Of a stretch of 64,000 nucleotides of DNA, positions 28,421 to 36,194 are shown in pieces. Under the pieces are notes generated by a model. The model ran no database searches and was not told the origin of the DNA. It worked only from the letters and a program-made list of their open reading frames with translations. The translations under genes were made by a program, and so were the position numbers. The DNA lies in the IMG/VR virus record IMGVR_UViG_3300003690_003472, positions 96,001 through 160,000 of that record; one strand, written 5' to 3'. Each line of letters begins with the position of its first letter. Within the stretch, counting starts at the first letter, position 1. Origin of the DNA: a virus.

Positions 28421-29286
28421 TGAAAACAATTATTGGACTCGGGCACGCAGGCTGTAGTATTGTGGACAAGCTCTCATCATATCCACAATACAAAACATAT
28501 AAAATAGACACTAATTTAGAAAAAGCACCTCGTTGTTATCCTTTTCCTAAATATAATCATCCCGAAGAATATGAAAAAAAGTGTCCTAGTTTAAAGGGTT
28601 TTTTTAAAAGTGTAAAAGGAAATGTGCTGTTCATAACTAGTTGCGGTTTTATATCTGCAGCATCCTTAAAAATCTTAGAACAAATTAAAGATAAGTGTAA
28701 TATAAGTGTTTTATATATACAACCTAATAGAACTTTGTTGTCTGAATTAAAATTGTTGAATGACAATACAATTTTTCACATTTTACAAGAATATGCTCGT
28801 TCTGGCTTGTTTCAAAGGGTTTATTTAGTTAGCAACGTCGAGTTGAGTAAAATTATTGGAGATGTTCCTCTTAGAGAATACTATGACAAGTTAAATGAAT
28901 TGATTGCAACAACAATTCATATGATAAATGTTTTCGATAATTCAGACTCAGAGATTAGTACTTTTACACAACTATTTGATTCTGCTAGAATTTCGACTTT
29001 TAGCATAGTTGATTATGAAAAAAATGAAGAAAAAATGTTTTTTGATCTTGACATTCCTCGCGATAAGAGATATTATTATGCTGTGCCTGAAACAATACTT
29101 CAAACAGACAAAACGTTGTTAAAAAAGATTACAGAACAGCTTAAAAGATTGAAGAAAAATGATAAAATAAAGGTTAGCTATGGAATCTTTTCAACAAGTT
29201 ATGAAGATATATACGTTTATGGTCTGTTAAATAGTTCTGTGGTGCAAAATAATAATTTTAGACTTGACAAAGATCTAGATATATAG
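28420..29286 (+). CDS. Divergent tubulin/FtsZ-like protein
   Basis: IIGLGHAGCSIVD N-terminal loop and FtsZ-like strand pattern. GGGTGS/TG signature is degenerate (SCGFISA). GTG start overlaps the polA stop. Confidence 0.65.
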   Translation: MKTIIGLGHAGCSIVDKLSSYPQYKTYKIDTNLEKAPRCYPFPKYNHPEEYEKKCPSLKGFFKSVKGNVLFITSCGFISAASLKILEQIKDKCNISVLYIQPNRTLLSELKLLNDNTIFHILQEYARSGLFQRVYLVSNVELSKIIGDVPLREYYDKLNELIATTIHMINVFDNSDSEISTFTQLFDSARISTFSIVDYEKNEEKMFFDLDIPRDKRYYYAVPETILQTDKTLLKKITEQLKRLKKNDKIKVSYGIFSTSYEDIYVYGLLNSSVVQNNNFRLDKDLDI

Positions 29287-29292
29287 TAATAT
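29264..29292 (+). promoter_or_regulatory. sigma70-type promoter for SSB
   Basis: TTGACA-N17-TAATAT. Confidence 0.7.
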
Positions 29293-29301
29293 ATTAACCA
29301 G

Positions 29302-29325
29302 CAACGTGAGAGAGTTATCACGTTG
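29302..29325 (+). promoter_or_regulatory. Leader hairpin of the SSB mRNA
   Basis: CAACGTGA-8 nt-TCACGTTG followed by an A-rich unstructured stretch to the ATG. Confidence 0.5.
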
Positions 29326-29353
29326 ACTATAACAAAAAGGAAAAAAAATAATT

Positions 29354-30112
29354 ATGTCAATTGATATGAAAAAAATGCGAGAGCGCAAAATCTCTCTAGA
29401 CAACAAAGGTAATGGAAACAATCGTTTCTGGCGCCCTCAAGACGGTGAACAAACTATTCGAATTGTTCCCACTTCAGACGGTGATCCTTTCAAGGATTAC
29501 TGGTTCCATTATAATGTAGGAGACAATCCCGGCTTTTTAAGTCCCAAAAGAAATTTTGGAGAAGATTGCCCTTTGGATTCTTTTGTTCGCAACCTTTGGA
29601 AGGAAGGAACTGAAGACAGCAAGCGCATGGCAAAAAAGCTTTCTGCACGTCAACGCTTTTTCGCGCCCGTATTAGTACGCGGCGAAGAAGATCAAGGTGT
29701 ACGTGTTTGGGGTTTTGGCAAACAAGTTTATGAAAAGCTTCTTAATCTTGTTCTAAATCCGGAATATGGAGATATTACAGACGCCGAAGCGGGTACAGAT
29801 CTTGTGCTTACATATGGAAAGCCAGCAGGAGCAAGTTTTCCTGTAACGCAACTTACTCCGCGCCGACGAAGTTCCCCGCTTTGTTCTGATGGCCCCGAAA
29901 AGTGTACTGAATATTTGGACAACATTCCAGATTTTGAGGAGCTTTTTGCAGGTAGTCGTAAGACTTTTGAAGAGGTTCAAAATATGCTGGACGAGTTTCT
30001 TCTTGGAGATGTAAATCCAGAAGAGAACTCTAGTGAAACTACCAAATATGGAAAAGGTGATGAACCAGCCAGTTCGGTTGATAAGGCTTTTGAAGACCTT
30101 CTAGGTAGTTGA
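29354..30112 (+). CDS. Single-stranded DNA-binding protein (gp32-like)
   Basis: FWRPQDG..TIRIVP, FHY, CP, RFFAPVLVRG, VWGFGK.V, DITD...GTDL, acidic tail ending FEDLLGS. Confidence 0.85.
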   Translation: MSIDMKKMRERKISLDNKGNGNNRFWRPQDGEQTIRIVPTSDGDPFKDYWFHYNVGDNPGFLSPKRNFGEDCPLDSFVRNLWKEGTEDSKRMAKKLSARQRFFAPVLVRGEEDQGVRVWGFGKQVYEKLLNLVLNPEYGDITDAEAGTDLVLTYGKPAGASFPVTQLTPRRRSSPLCSDGPEKCTEYLDNIPDFEELFAGSRKTFEEVQNMLDEFLLGDVNPEENSSETTKYGKGDEPASSVDKAFEDLLGS

Positions 30113-30116
30113 ATTT

Positions 30117-30144
30117 ATGGGGAGTCATTGACTCCCCATTTTTA
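30117..30144 (+). terminator. Intrinsic terminator after SSB
   Basis: ATGGGGAGTC-ATT-GACTCCCCAT perfect 10-bp stem followed by a T run. Confidence 0.8.
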
Positions 30145-30165
30145 ATTTTAACAAAAGGGGAAAAC

Positions 30166-31269
30166 ATGGCGAGAGCTAAAACAAAAACAGGAAAACTTTC
30201 TATAGCTGATATGAGGCAGCTTATTAATAAAAAAGCTGGCATGAATGTTGCGCATAATTTAAATGACGATAGCCCAACAATTGTAAAAGATTGGATATCA
30301 ACTGGTTCGCGTTGGCTTGATTCAATTATTTGTCGAGGAAAATTAGCGGGAATTCCAGTAGGAAAAATTGTCGAGATTGCCGGTCTTGAATCAACAGGAA
30401 AATCATTTTTAGGTGCTCAAGTAGCAGCAAACGCACAACAGCGGGGAATCGATGTTGTTTATTTCGATTCAGAATCTGCAATTGATCCAAACTTTTTAGA
30501 AAAAGCTGGCTGTAACGTTGATGATCTTTTATATGTTCAAGCAACATCTGTAGAGTTTGTATTAGAAACGATTGAAGAATTGCTTGGTTCAAATGAAAAC
30601 CGAATGCTCTTCATCTGGGATTCATTAGCACTAACACCAGCAATTTCAGATATTGAGGGAGATTTTAATCCTCTTTCTTCGATGGCAGTTAAAGCACGAA
30701 TTCTTGCAAAAGGAATGTCAAAGCTAACAGTTCCAATTGCAAATAGCCAATCAACATTTCTGGTATTAAACCAACTTAAAACAAACATCACTAGGAGCCC
30801 TTCAGAGGCTCTTACAACGCCCTTTATGACTCCCGGGGGTAAAGCCATGATTTACGCTTATTCGTTGCGTATATGGCTCACAGGGCGCAAAGCAAAGGCT
30901 TCTTTTGTTACGGATGACAAAGGCTTTAGAATTGGCTCCGAAGTCAAAGTAAAACTAGAGAAAAGTCGCTTTGGAACACAAGGACGACAATGTAATTTTA
31001 AGATTTTATGGGGAGATGAAGTAGGTGTACAAGACGAAGAAAGCTGGTTGGATGCGATCAAAAGTTCACAACATTTATCAAACAGTGGTGCATGGTTTGC
31101 GCTTAATTATAGTGATGGCACGTCCGACAAATTTCAAAGTTCGGGTTGGAAAGAGAAACTTGAAGAACCTAAATTTAAACAAAGAGTTCTAGAAATTATG
31201 GATGAAGAAATTATTATGAAGTTTGATAAAAGAATTGGCGATGCTGAAAGTTTTTATGAAGAGGAATAA
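30166..31269 (+). CDS. uvsX: RecA/UvsX recombinase
   Basis: Walker A GLESTGKS, Walker B LFIWDSL, NQLK...TPGGKAMIYAYSLRI. ATG 30166 follows a GGGG RBS. Confidence 0.92.
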   Translation: MARAKTKTGKLSIADMRQLINKKAGMNVAHNLNDDSPTIVKDWISTGSRWLDSIICRGKLAGIPVGKIVEIAGLESTGKSFLGAQVAANAQQRGIDVVYFDSESAIDPNFLEKAGCNVDDLLYVQATSVEFVLETIEELLGSNENRMLFIWDSLALTPAISDIEGDFNPLSSMAVKARILAKGMSKLTVPIANSQSTFLVLNQLKTNITRSPSEALTTPFMTPGGKAMIYAYSLRIWLTGRKAKASFVTDDKGFRIGSEVKVKLEKSRFGTQGRQCNFKILWGDEVGVQDEESWLDAIKSSQHLSNSGAWFALNYSDGTSDKFQSSGWKEKLEEPKFKQRVLEIMDEEIIMKFDKRIGDAESFYEEE

Positions 31270-31282
31270 TACTCTTTTAAAT

Positions 31283-31290
31283 ACTATTTA
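31283..31290 (+). promoter_or_regulatory. Candidate late promoter ACTATTTA
   Basis: Precedes three small genes with a shared leader peptide. Confidence 0.6.
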
Positions 31291-31313
31291 ATATAGTTAA
31301 GGGAGATCATTCC

Positions 31314-31538
31314 ATGAAAATTACCAAAACTAAATTACAACAAATTATCAAAGAAGAGCTAGAGGATGAATGGTTGCATGATCCGGAAGCAGAAAAAGAT
31401 GCAAAAATTAAATGGCTCGAAGAGCGCGTCGGAGAGCTTTTCGAAAGAGTTGTTGGCCTAGAGCAAGAAGCTGGTATCGAATGGCGCGGCGGGGGCCGCC
31501 TGCCGCCGCCTGGCGGATGGCGCGGAGGCGGTGAATAA
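31314..31538 (+). CDS. Small protein with MKITKTKLQQIIKEEL leader (putative internal head protein)
   Basis: Leader shared with the next two ORFs. C-terminal WRGGG repeat. Confidence 0.6.
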   Translation: MKITKTKLQQIIKEELEDEWLHDPEAEKDAKIKWLEERVGELFERVVGLEQEAGIEWRGGGRLPPPGGWRGGGE

Positions 31539-31539
31539 T

Positions 31540-31956
31540 ATGAAACTTACCAGAACACAACTTACACAACTTATTAAAGAAGAGATTGTTCAAGCAATAA
31601 AAGAAGGTGACGTCGTTCAGGGCCCATGGGGAAAGACCGAAGAAGATCCTGGCATTGTTGGAGGAGAAGAACTTCCGGAAGAATATCAATATGAATATGT
31701 TTTAGATGAATTGGTTAATGCAGCTAGAGATGGTATAATGCCTATTGCCATAGATAAGCTTAAGGCAGCAAACGCATACCGCGAGGGATCCCGGTCTAAT
31801 ACACCGGGCGACATACGCATAGATGCTCCTGGCTTTACTTATAATGATATTGAACTAGAAATTGAAGAGCCTCTATTAGATGCCCTTAAGCCACTAGCTA
31901 AATTAATTCAAGCTAAAACGGATCGCGCGTCGGAGGACAACGACGATGACTGGTAA
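31540..31956 (+). CDS. Acidic protein with MKLTRTQLTQLIKEEI leader (putative internal head protein)
   Basis: Shared leader. GGAGG RBS before ATG 31540. Confidence 0.6.
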   Translation: MKLTRTQLTQLIKEEIVQAIKEGDVVQGPWGKTEEDPGIVGGEELPEEYQYEYVLDELVNAARDGIMPIAIDKLKAANAYREGSRSNTPGDIRIDAPGFTYNDIELEIEEPLLDALKPLAKLIQAKTDRASEDNDDDW

Positions 31957-31964
31957 ACAATAAT

Positions 31965-32180
31965 ATGAAGCTAACCAAGACAAAACTTAAAGAAATTATT
32001 AAAGAAGAAATAGAGAACATTTTAGATGAAGCAGAAGAAGGCAATGTTTATGCCATATGTACAGCTTCAATAGCAAAAACTGCTGGCACCTCGGAAAGAA
32101 GCAAGTGGTCAAAAGCAGATCTCGCGCGTTATGAGAAGTGTGTTAAAGGCGTTGCTAAAGAGCCTGGAATGCACAAATAA
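31965..32180 (+). CDS. Small protein with MKLTKTKLKEIIKEEI leader (putative internal head protein)
   Basis: Shared leader. C-terminal part has a Cys pair (AICTAS...EKCV). Confidence 0.6.
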   Translation: MKLTKTKLKEIIKEEIENILDEAEEGNVYAICTASIAKTAGTSERSKWSKADLARYEKCVKGVAKEPGMHK

Positions 32181-32185
32181 AACCC

Positions 32186-32214
32186 TTGACATTCCTTTTA
32201 TAATTTGATATTAT
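32186..32214 (+). promoter_or_regulatory. sigma70-type promoter
   Basis: TTGACA-N17-TATTAT. Confidence 0.7.
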
Positions 32215-32221
32215 AACACCA

Positions 32222-32626
32222 ATGGCAGTCTATATTCCAAGTAACAAAACAAAAAAGTTTCTAGATTTAGCTGGCAATGTTGCCAATCAGGGCGGTTATC
32301 CACGTTTTAAACATGGAGCAGCCTTAGTTAAAGGATCATCTGTTATCAACACTGCATATAATAAAAATGGTTATTGCAGTTTTGGTGCACGATTCTACGA
32401 AGGCAACCCAAACAACGTCACACTTCACGCAGAACTGGCCTCAATTCTAAATATTGAACGCGAAAACACTGAAAACTCAGTAGTATATGTAGTTCGTGTG
32501 AATACCGCTGGCGAATACCGTCTAAGTAAACCATGCAAAATGTGCGAAAGTGCCATGAGATTTTGTGGTATCAAGAAAGTGATTTATTCAACAAACGATG
32601 GTTTTGAAGTAATGAGGTTAAAATGA
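32222..32626 (+). CDS. Zinc-dependent cytidine/dCMP deaminase family protein
   Basis: HGAALV, HAE and PCKMC motifs. Confidence 0.85.
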   Translation: MAVYIPSNKTKKFLDLAGNVANQGGYPRFKHGAALVKGSSVINTAYNKNGYCSFGARFYEGNPNNVTLHAELASILNIERENTENSVVYVVRVNTAGEYRLSKPCKMCESAMRFCGIKKVIYSTNDGFEVMRLK

Positions 32627-33576
32627 AAAGAGTAATGATTATTGATGCTCTCAATCAATTTTTGAGAGCGTATATTGTAAACCCAACTTTGTCTCCAAAT
32701 GGAAATCCAATTGGCGGCACAGTTGGTTTTCTTAAAATTTTACAGAAACTTTGTCGAGAAGTTAAACCTGATAGAATTGTTATTTGTTGGGATGGTCAAG
32801 GGGGCAGCAGAAAGCGCAAACTTGTAAATAAAAACTACAAGGAAGGCCGCAAGCCCATTCGCTTAAATCGCGATATTAAAAATCTTACAGAAGATCAGGA
32901 GCTTCAAAATAAAGCTTGGCAACAATTACAATTAATTAAGTACTTGAATAACTTTCCGATTACTCAATTGATGTTTGATGAAGTAGAAGCAGATGATGTT
33001 ATTTCTTTCGTTGCACAAATGCCATATTTTTCTGGTTGGCAGAAAATAATTGTTTCAAGCGATAAAGATTTTTTTCAATTACTCGATGATGAAACTATTA
33101 TTTATCGTCCAACTCAGCATGAAGTACTAAACAAAAACATGATTGTAGAAAAGTTTGGGATTCATCCAACCAATTTCGCATTGGCACGTGCAATAGTCGG
33201 AGATAAAAGCGACAATCTCGAAGGCGTTAAAGGCGTTGGCTTACCAACGGTCGCAAATCGTCTTCCTTTCTTATCAGAAGAAAAATCTTATACAATTCAA
33301 GAAGTTAAAGAATTCTGCGAAAGTGCCAATTCACCCTTGAAAGCTTATCAAAGCATTATAGAAAACCAAAAAGTAATTAAAGAAAACTATAAATTAATGC
33401 AACTATATAGTCCTAGCATTTCAATACAAAATAAACAAAAAATCAAATATATTGTTGAAGAAACTGAGTTAACATTTAACAAAACTTCTACAGATGGCAT
33501 GATGCTAGAAGATGGAATTGGAAAAACTAGTTGGCTAGATTTATATATAGCTTTTAAAAAGATTGCAGCAAAATAA
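32623..33576 (+). CDS. 5'-3' exonuclease (Pol I N-terminal/FEN family)
   Basis: IID, WDG, YKEGR, EADDVI, SSDKDFFQL, GDKSDNLEGVKGVG. Confidence 0.92.
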   Translation: MKRVMIIDALNQFLRAYIVNPTLSPNGNPIGGTVGFLKILQKLCREVKPDRIVICWDGQGGSRKRKLVNKNYKEGRKPIRLNRDIKNLTEDQELQNKAWQQLQLIKYLNNFPITQLMFDEVEADDVISFVAQMPYFSGWQKIIVSSDKDFFQLLDDETIIYRPTQHEVLNKNMIVEKFGIHPTNFALARAIVGDKSDNLEGVKGVGLPTVANRLPFLSEEKSYTIQEVKEFCESANSPLKAYQSIIENQKVIKENYKLMQLYSPSISIQNKQKIKYIVEETELTFNKTSTDGMMLEDGIGKTSWLDLYIAFKKIAAK

Positions 33577-33601
33577 AACTTTTCACAATTCAGCAATTAA
33601 G

Positions 33602-33630
33602 TTGACCTTTAAAGAAAAGTGTGACATAAT
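33602..33630 (+). promoter_or_regulatory. sigma70-type promoter
   Basis: TTGACC-N17-CATAAT with TG extension. Confidence 0.6.
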
Positions 33631-33650
33631 ATATTGGAGGTAAATAAAAA

Positions 33651-34445
33651 ATGAAAGAATTAGATATTTCTAGATTAGAAGGCAAAAAACTATTTGTTGC
33701 AACACCAATGTATGGTAATCAATGCAATGGAGGATATATGCAATCTTGCATGCGTTTACAAAAAATGTGTTTTGAATTAAACGTTCCAATAGAACTTTAT
33801 ATTGTTTTTAATGAAAGTTTAGTAACACGCGCAAGAAATATATGTGTACATGAATTTTTAAAAACAGACTACACACATATGATGTTTATTGATTCTGATA
33901 TTGTTTTTGATCCCATTGATGCATTAAAACTATTGGCATATGATCGTGACATTATATGCGGTGCTTACTCTAAAAAAACAATCAGATGGGACAGGGCACT
34001 ACAAGCTCTTTCTACCGGTGATTTAAATCTTGGTTCTAGTGCTTCTGAAGTAGAGAGCTTTACTGGAGATTTTATTTTTGATCCTTCTAATAGGGGCAGA
34101 ATGTCTCTTTATAATCCAATAGAGGTCACAGATACAGGAACTGGTTTTATGATGATTAGAAGAGACTGTTTTGAAAAGTTCGAAAAGGCCTATCCTGAAT
34201 TAAAATATATTTCCGACTCATCAGGAGATAATGAAGTATATTATAAAAAAGAAATGGTGGCCTATTTTGATACTGTGATTGATGCTGATTCAAAACGATA
34301 TCTCTCAGAAGATTACATGTTTTGTAGATATGCAAAAAAAATAGGATTAAAAGTATGGCTATGTCCATGGGTAAAACTACAACACATTGGAAACTATACG
34401 TACAAAGGAAATTTTCTTTCTACAATAAAGCTACTTACGAGCTAG
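33651..34445 (+). CDS. GT-A fold glycosyltransferase-like protein
   Basis: VATPMYG, SLVTRARN, MFIDSDI (DxD), GTGFMMIRR, SEDYMFC. Confidence 0.75.
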   Translation: MKELDISRLEGKKLFVATPMYGNQCNGGYMQSCMRLQKMCFELNVPIELYIVFNESLVTRARNICVHEFLKTDYTHMMFIDSDIVFDPIDALKLLAYDRDIICGAYSKKTIRWDRALQALSTGDLNLGSSASEVESFTGDFIFDPSNRGRMSLYNPIEVTDTGTGFMMIRRDCFEKFEKAYPELKYISDSSGDNEVYYKKEMVAYFDTVIDADSKRYLSEDYMFCRYAKKIGLKVWLCPWVKLQHIGNYTYKGNFLSTIKLLTS

Positions 34446-34464
34446 CATAAAAGGATATATTAAA

Positions 34465-34689
34465 ATGAACGACGAAGTAAAAGAAATATTAATTGACCTA
34501 ATCGATTATTATAATAACACAGGAACAGAAGATGATCCCGGCTTTGGGGTGTTTGAGAATATTGCGCAACGCGCATCAAAAGCATTAGAAAAATACGCAC
34601 AAAGCAAAAGGTTTAATTCTGCTGACGTTGATCCATATGCCATAGATGTCGTGGGATATAGAAAAACTAAACACGAAAATGATTTATAA
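34465..34689 (+). CDS. Hypothetical protein
   Basis: 74-aa ORF with AAGGA RBS. Confidence 0.5.
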   Translation: MNDEVKEILIDLIDYYNNTGTEDDPGFGVFENIAQRASKALEKYAQSKRFNSADVDPYAIDVVGYRKTKHENDL

Positions 34690-34931
34690 TGATGAGAATA
34701 TTTTTAATTTTATTGTTTTTAACGGGATGTACTGTACACATTGAGGAAGAACATGTTCTTTGTGGATACTATGAAACGCCTTATTATGAAACGCCCTATG
34801 CTTGTGATCACCAATGTTGTGCTTGGCATGTTGATGATATCTATTTTTACAGCGAGTGTGCTGAAATTTGGTGTTATAATGAATATGCCTGCGCATGGCA
34901 ACTTTATGATTATTCTTGTTATCCAATTTAA
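34689..34931 (+). CDS. Cys/Tyr-rich lipoprotein
   Basis: Signal peptide with lipobox LTGC, seven further Cys, YYETP tandem repeat. Confidence 0.6.
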   Translation: MMRIFLILLFLTGCTVHIEEEHVLCGYYETPYYETPYACDHQCCAWHVDDIYFYSECAEIWCYNEYACAWQLYDYSCYPI

Positions 34932-34934
34932 GGA

Positions 34935-34963
34935 TTGACATATGTTATCATTGGTGATATAGT
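34935..34963 (+). promoter_or_regulatory. sigma70-type promoter for tRNA-Leu/Val
   Basis: TTGACA-N17-TATAGT with TG extension. Confidence 0.75.
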
Positions 34964-34976
34964 GTATAGAGTATTT

Positions 34977-35061
34977 GGCCGAATGGCGGAATTGGTAGAC
35001 GCAACGGACTTAAAATCCGTTATCCGTAACGGGTGTGGGGGTTCAAGTCCCTCTTCGGCTA
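34977..35061 (+). tRNA. tRNA-Leu(UAA)
   Basis: Acceptor GGCCGAA/TTCGGCT. Anticodon arm ACGGA-CTTAAAA-TCCGT. Long variable arm, TTCAAGT T-loop, A73. No encoded CCA. Confidence 0.95.
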
Positions 35062-35071
35062 CATAAAATAT

Positions 35072-35264
35072 GCCCGGGTAGCTCAGTCTGGTTAAGAGCG
35101 CTATCCAGTAGGACACTAAGGTCTGCAAGCGCATGACAAACACGGGAGTGATCATCTCGCTGCAGCTTGATTGATCCTAGCCGAAGTTAAAACACTGCAA
35201 GGGTTTTGAGCAGTGGATCTACGTTACGAGATGGAGGTCGGTAGTTCAAATCTATCCCTGGGTA
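35072..35264 (+). tRNA. tRNA-Val(UAC) interrupted by a 117-nt insert at 32/33
   Basis: 5' half 35072-35106 (GCCCGGG, GCTC/GAGC D-stem, CTATC-C). 3' half 35224-35264 (TTACGA-GATGG, AGGTC, GGTAG-TTCAAAT-CTATC, CCTGGGT-A). Joining the halves gives loop CT-TAC-GA. Confidence 0.8.
35107..35223 (+). ncRNA. Structured intervening sequence (putative tRNA intron of unknown class)
   Basis: Ends pair (GTAGG/TCTAC and CACT/AGTG). Internal hairpins at 35121-35137 and 35143-35159. Last nt is G. Confidence 0.65.
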
Positions 35265-35282
35265 CTAAAATGTGTGAGGACA

Positions 35283-35984
35283 ATGGAAAATAATATATAC
35301 CTATTTGATGTTGATGGAACGCTAACATCAGCAAGACAAAAAATGACTGATGAATTTTGTTCCTTTTTTAAGGAATGGATTAAAGATAAAAAAGTTTACT
35401 TCGTTTCTGGTAGTGATTATGAAAAACTTCAAGAACAAGTACCAAAAAACATTTTAGAATCTGTTGCTGGAGTTTTTGATTGTATGGGAAGTTCTTTTTA
35501 TAATAATGGTAAAAATATATTTAAACGCACTTTCAAGCCCACTGAAGATCTTTTGTACTTTTTAATTGAATGTTTAGCTAAGTCGCCTTATTATATTAGA
35601 ACAGGCAATCACATAGAAAAAAGAATAGGAATGATCAATTTTTCTATAGTGGGTCGAAACGCTTCTTTAATCGAAAGAAGGCACTATTTTTCAACGGATC
35701 GCTTATCTAAAGAGCGAGAAAAAATAGCCGCCCAAATTAATGAAAATTTTGAAGGAATTTCTGCGTCTGTTGGTGGAGAGATAAGCATTGATATATATCC
35801 AACTGGATGGGACAAATCACAAATACTAAAAGAATTACCAAAAGGAAACTATTTTTTCTTTGGAGATCGAACACTTCCAGGCGGTAATGATTTTTCTTTA
35901 GCAAAAGCCTTGACGGATGCTGGTCATATAGTGTATGATATATCTGATTATAAAGAAACATGGAAAATTATTGCAAATCGGTGA
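35283..35984 (+). CDS. HAD-IIB phosphomannomutase (eukaryote-type PMM family)
   Basis: FDVDGTLT, IEKRIGMINFSIVGR, GGEISIDIYPTGWDK, FFGD...GGND. Confidence 0.85.
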   Translation: MENNIYLFDVDGTLTSARQKMTDEFCSFFKEWIKDKKVYFVSGSDYEKLQEQVPKNILESVAGVFDCMGSSFYNNGKNIFKRTFKPTEDLLYFLIECLAKSPYYIRTGNHIEKRIGMINFSIVGRNASLIERRHYFSTDRLSKEREKIAAQINENFEGISASVGGEISIDIYPTGWDKSQILKELPKGNYFFFGDRTLPGGNDFSLAKALTDAGHIVYDISDYKETWKIIANR

Positions 35985-36135
35985 TTTAGTAACTGTAAGG
36001 CCTGCCAAAACTGGCTTATACATAGTAGTTGCAGAGAAATCAAAAGACACTGTTGTCCTTTATGGGAAAATAAATGATGATTATTTATCGTTACCAATGG
36101 ATAAAAAATGGATAGATGTTATAAGTAAAGGATAA
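35971..36135 (+). CDS. Small SH3/KOW-like protein
   Basis: QIGDLVTV start (TTG 35971 inferred). Confidence 0.45.
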   Translation: MQIGDLVTVRPAKTGLYIVVAEKSKDTVVLYGKINDDYLSLPMDKKWIDVISKG

Positions 36136-36140
36136 AACAG

Positions 36141-36169
36141 TTGACATTTAAAACTAAATAGGATAATAT
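36141..36169 (+). promoter_or_regulatory. sigma70-type promoter
   Basis: TTGACA-N17-TAATAT. Nearly identical to the promoter at 37255. Confidence 0.75.
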
Positions 36170-36194
36170 TTGTATAGAAAACATTGGAGGAAAT

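Noticed and set aside
28420-29286. Evidence for a nucleus-forming (Chimallin/PhuZ) phage
   Set aside because: The tubulin signature is degenerate, no shell protein or multisubunit RNAP is recognisable in this window, and promoters are host sigma70-type.
35107-35223. Classifying the tRNA insert as group I, group II, BHB-type, hammerhead or HDV/theta ribozyme, or the locus as tmRNA
   Set aside because: No P7/S-type core and too short for group I. No GUGYG start or paired domain V. BHB registers at 32/33 and 37/38 fail to pair. TGATTGA...GAAG lacks hammerhead stem II. No full HDV P1. The D-arm and anticodon stem are intact, unlike tmRNA.
35072-35264. Reading it as tRNA-Tyr(GUA) with a canonical 37/38 intron
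   Set aside because: It would need A33 instead of the invariant U33 and lacks the long variable arm of bacterial Tyr tRNAs.
35283-35984. Eukaryotic or giant-virus origin suggested by the eukaryote-type PMM
   Set aside because: The context is plainly bacteriophage: SD sites, sigma70 promoters, T4-like tail and GH25 endolysin.
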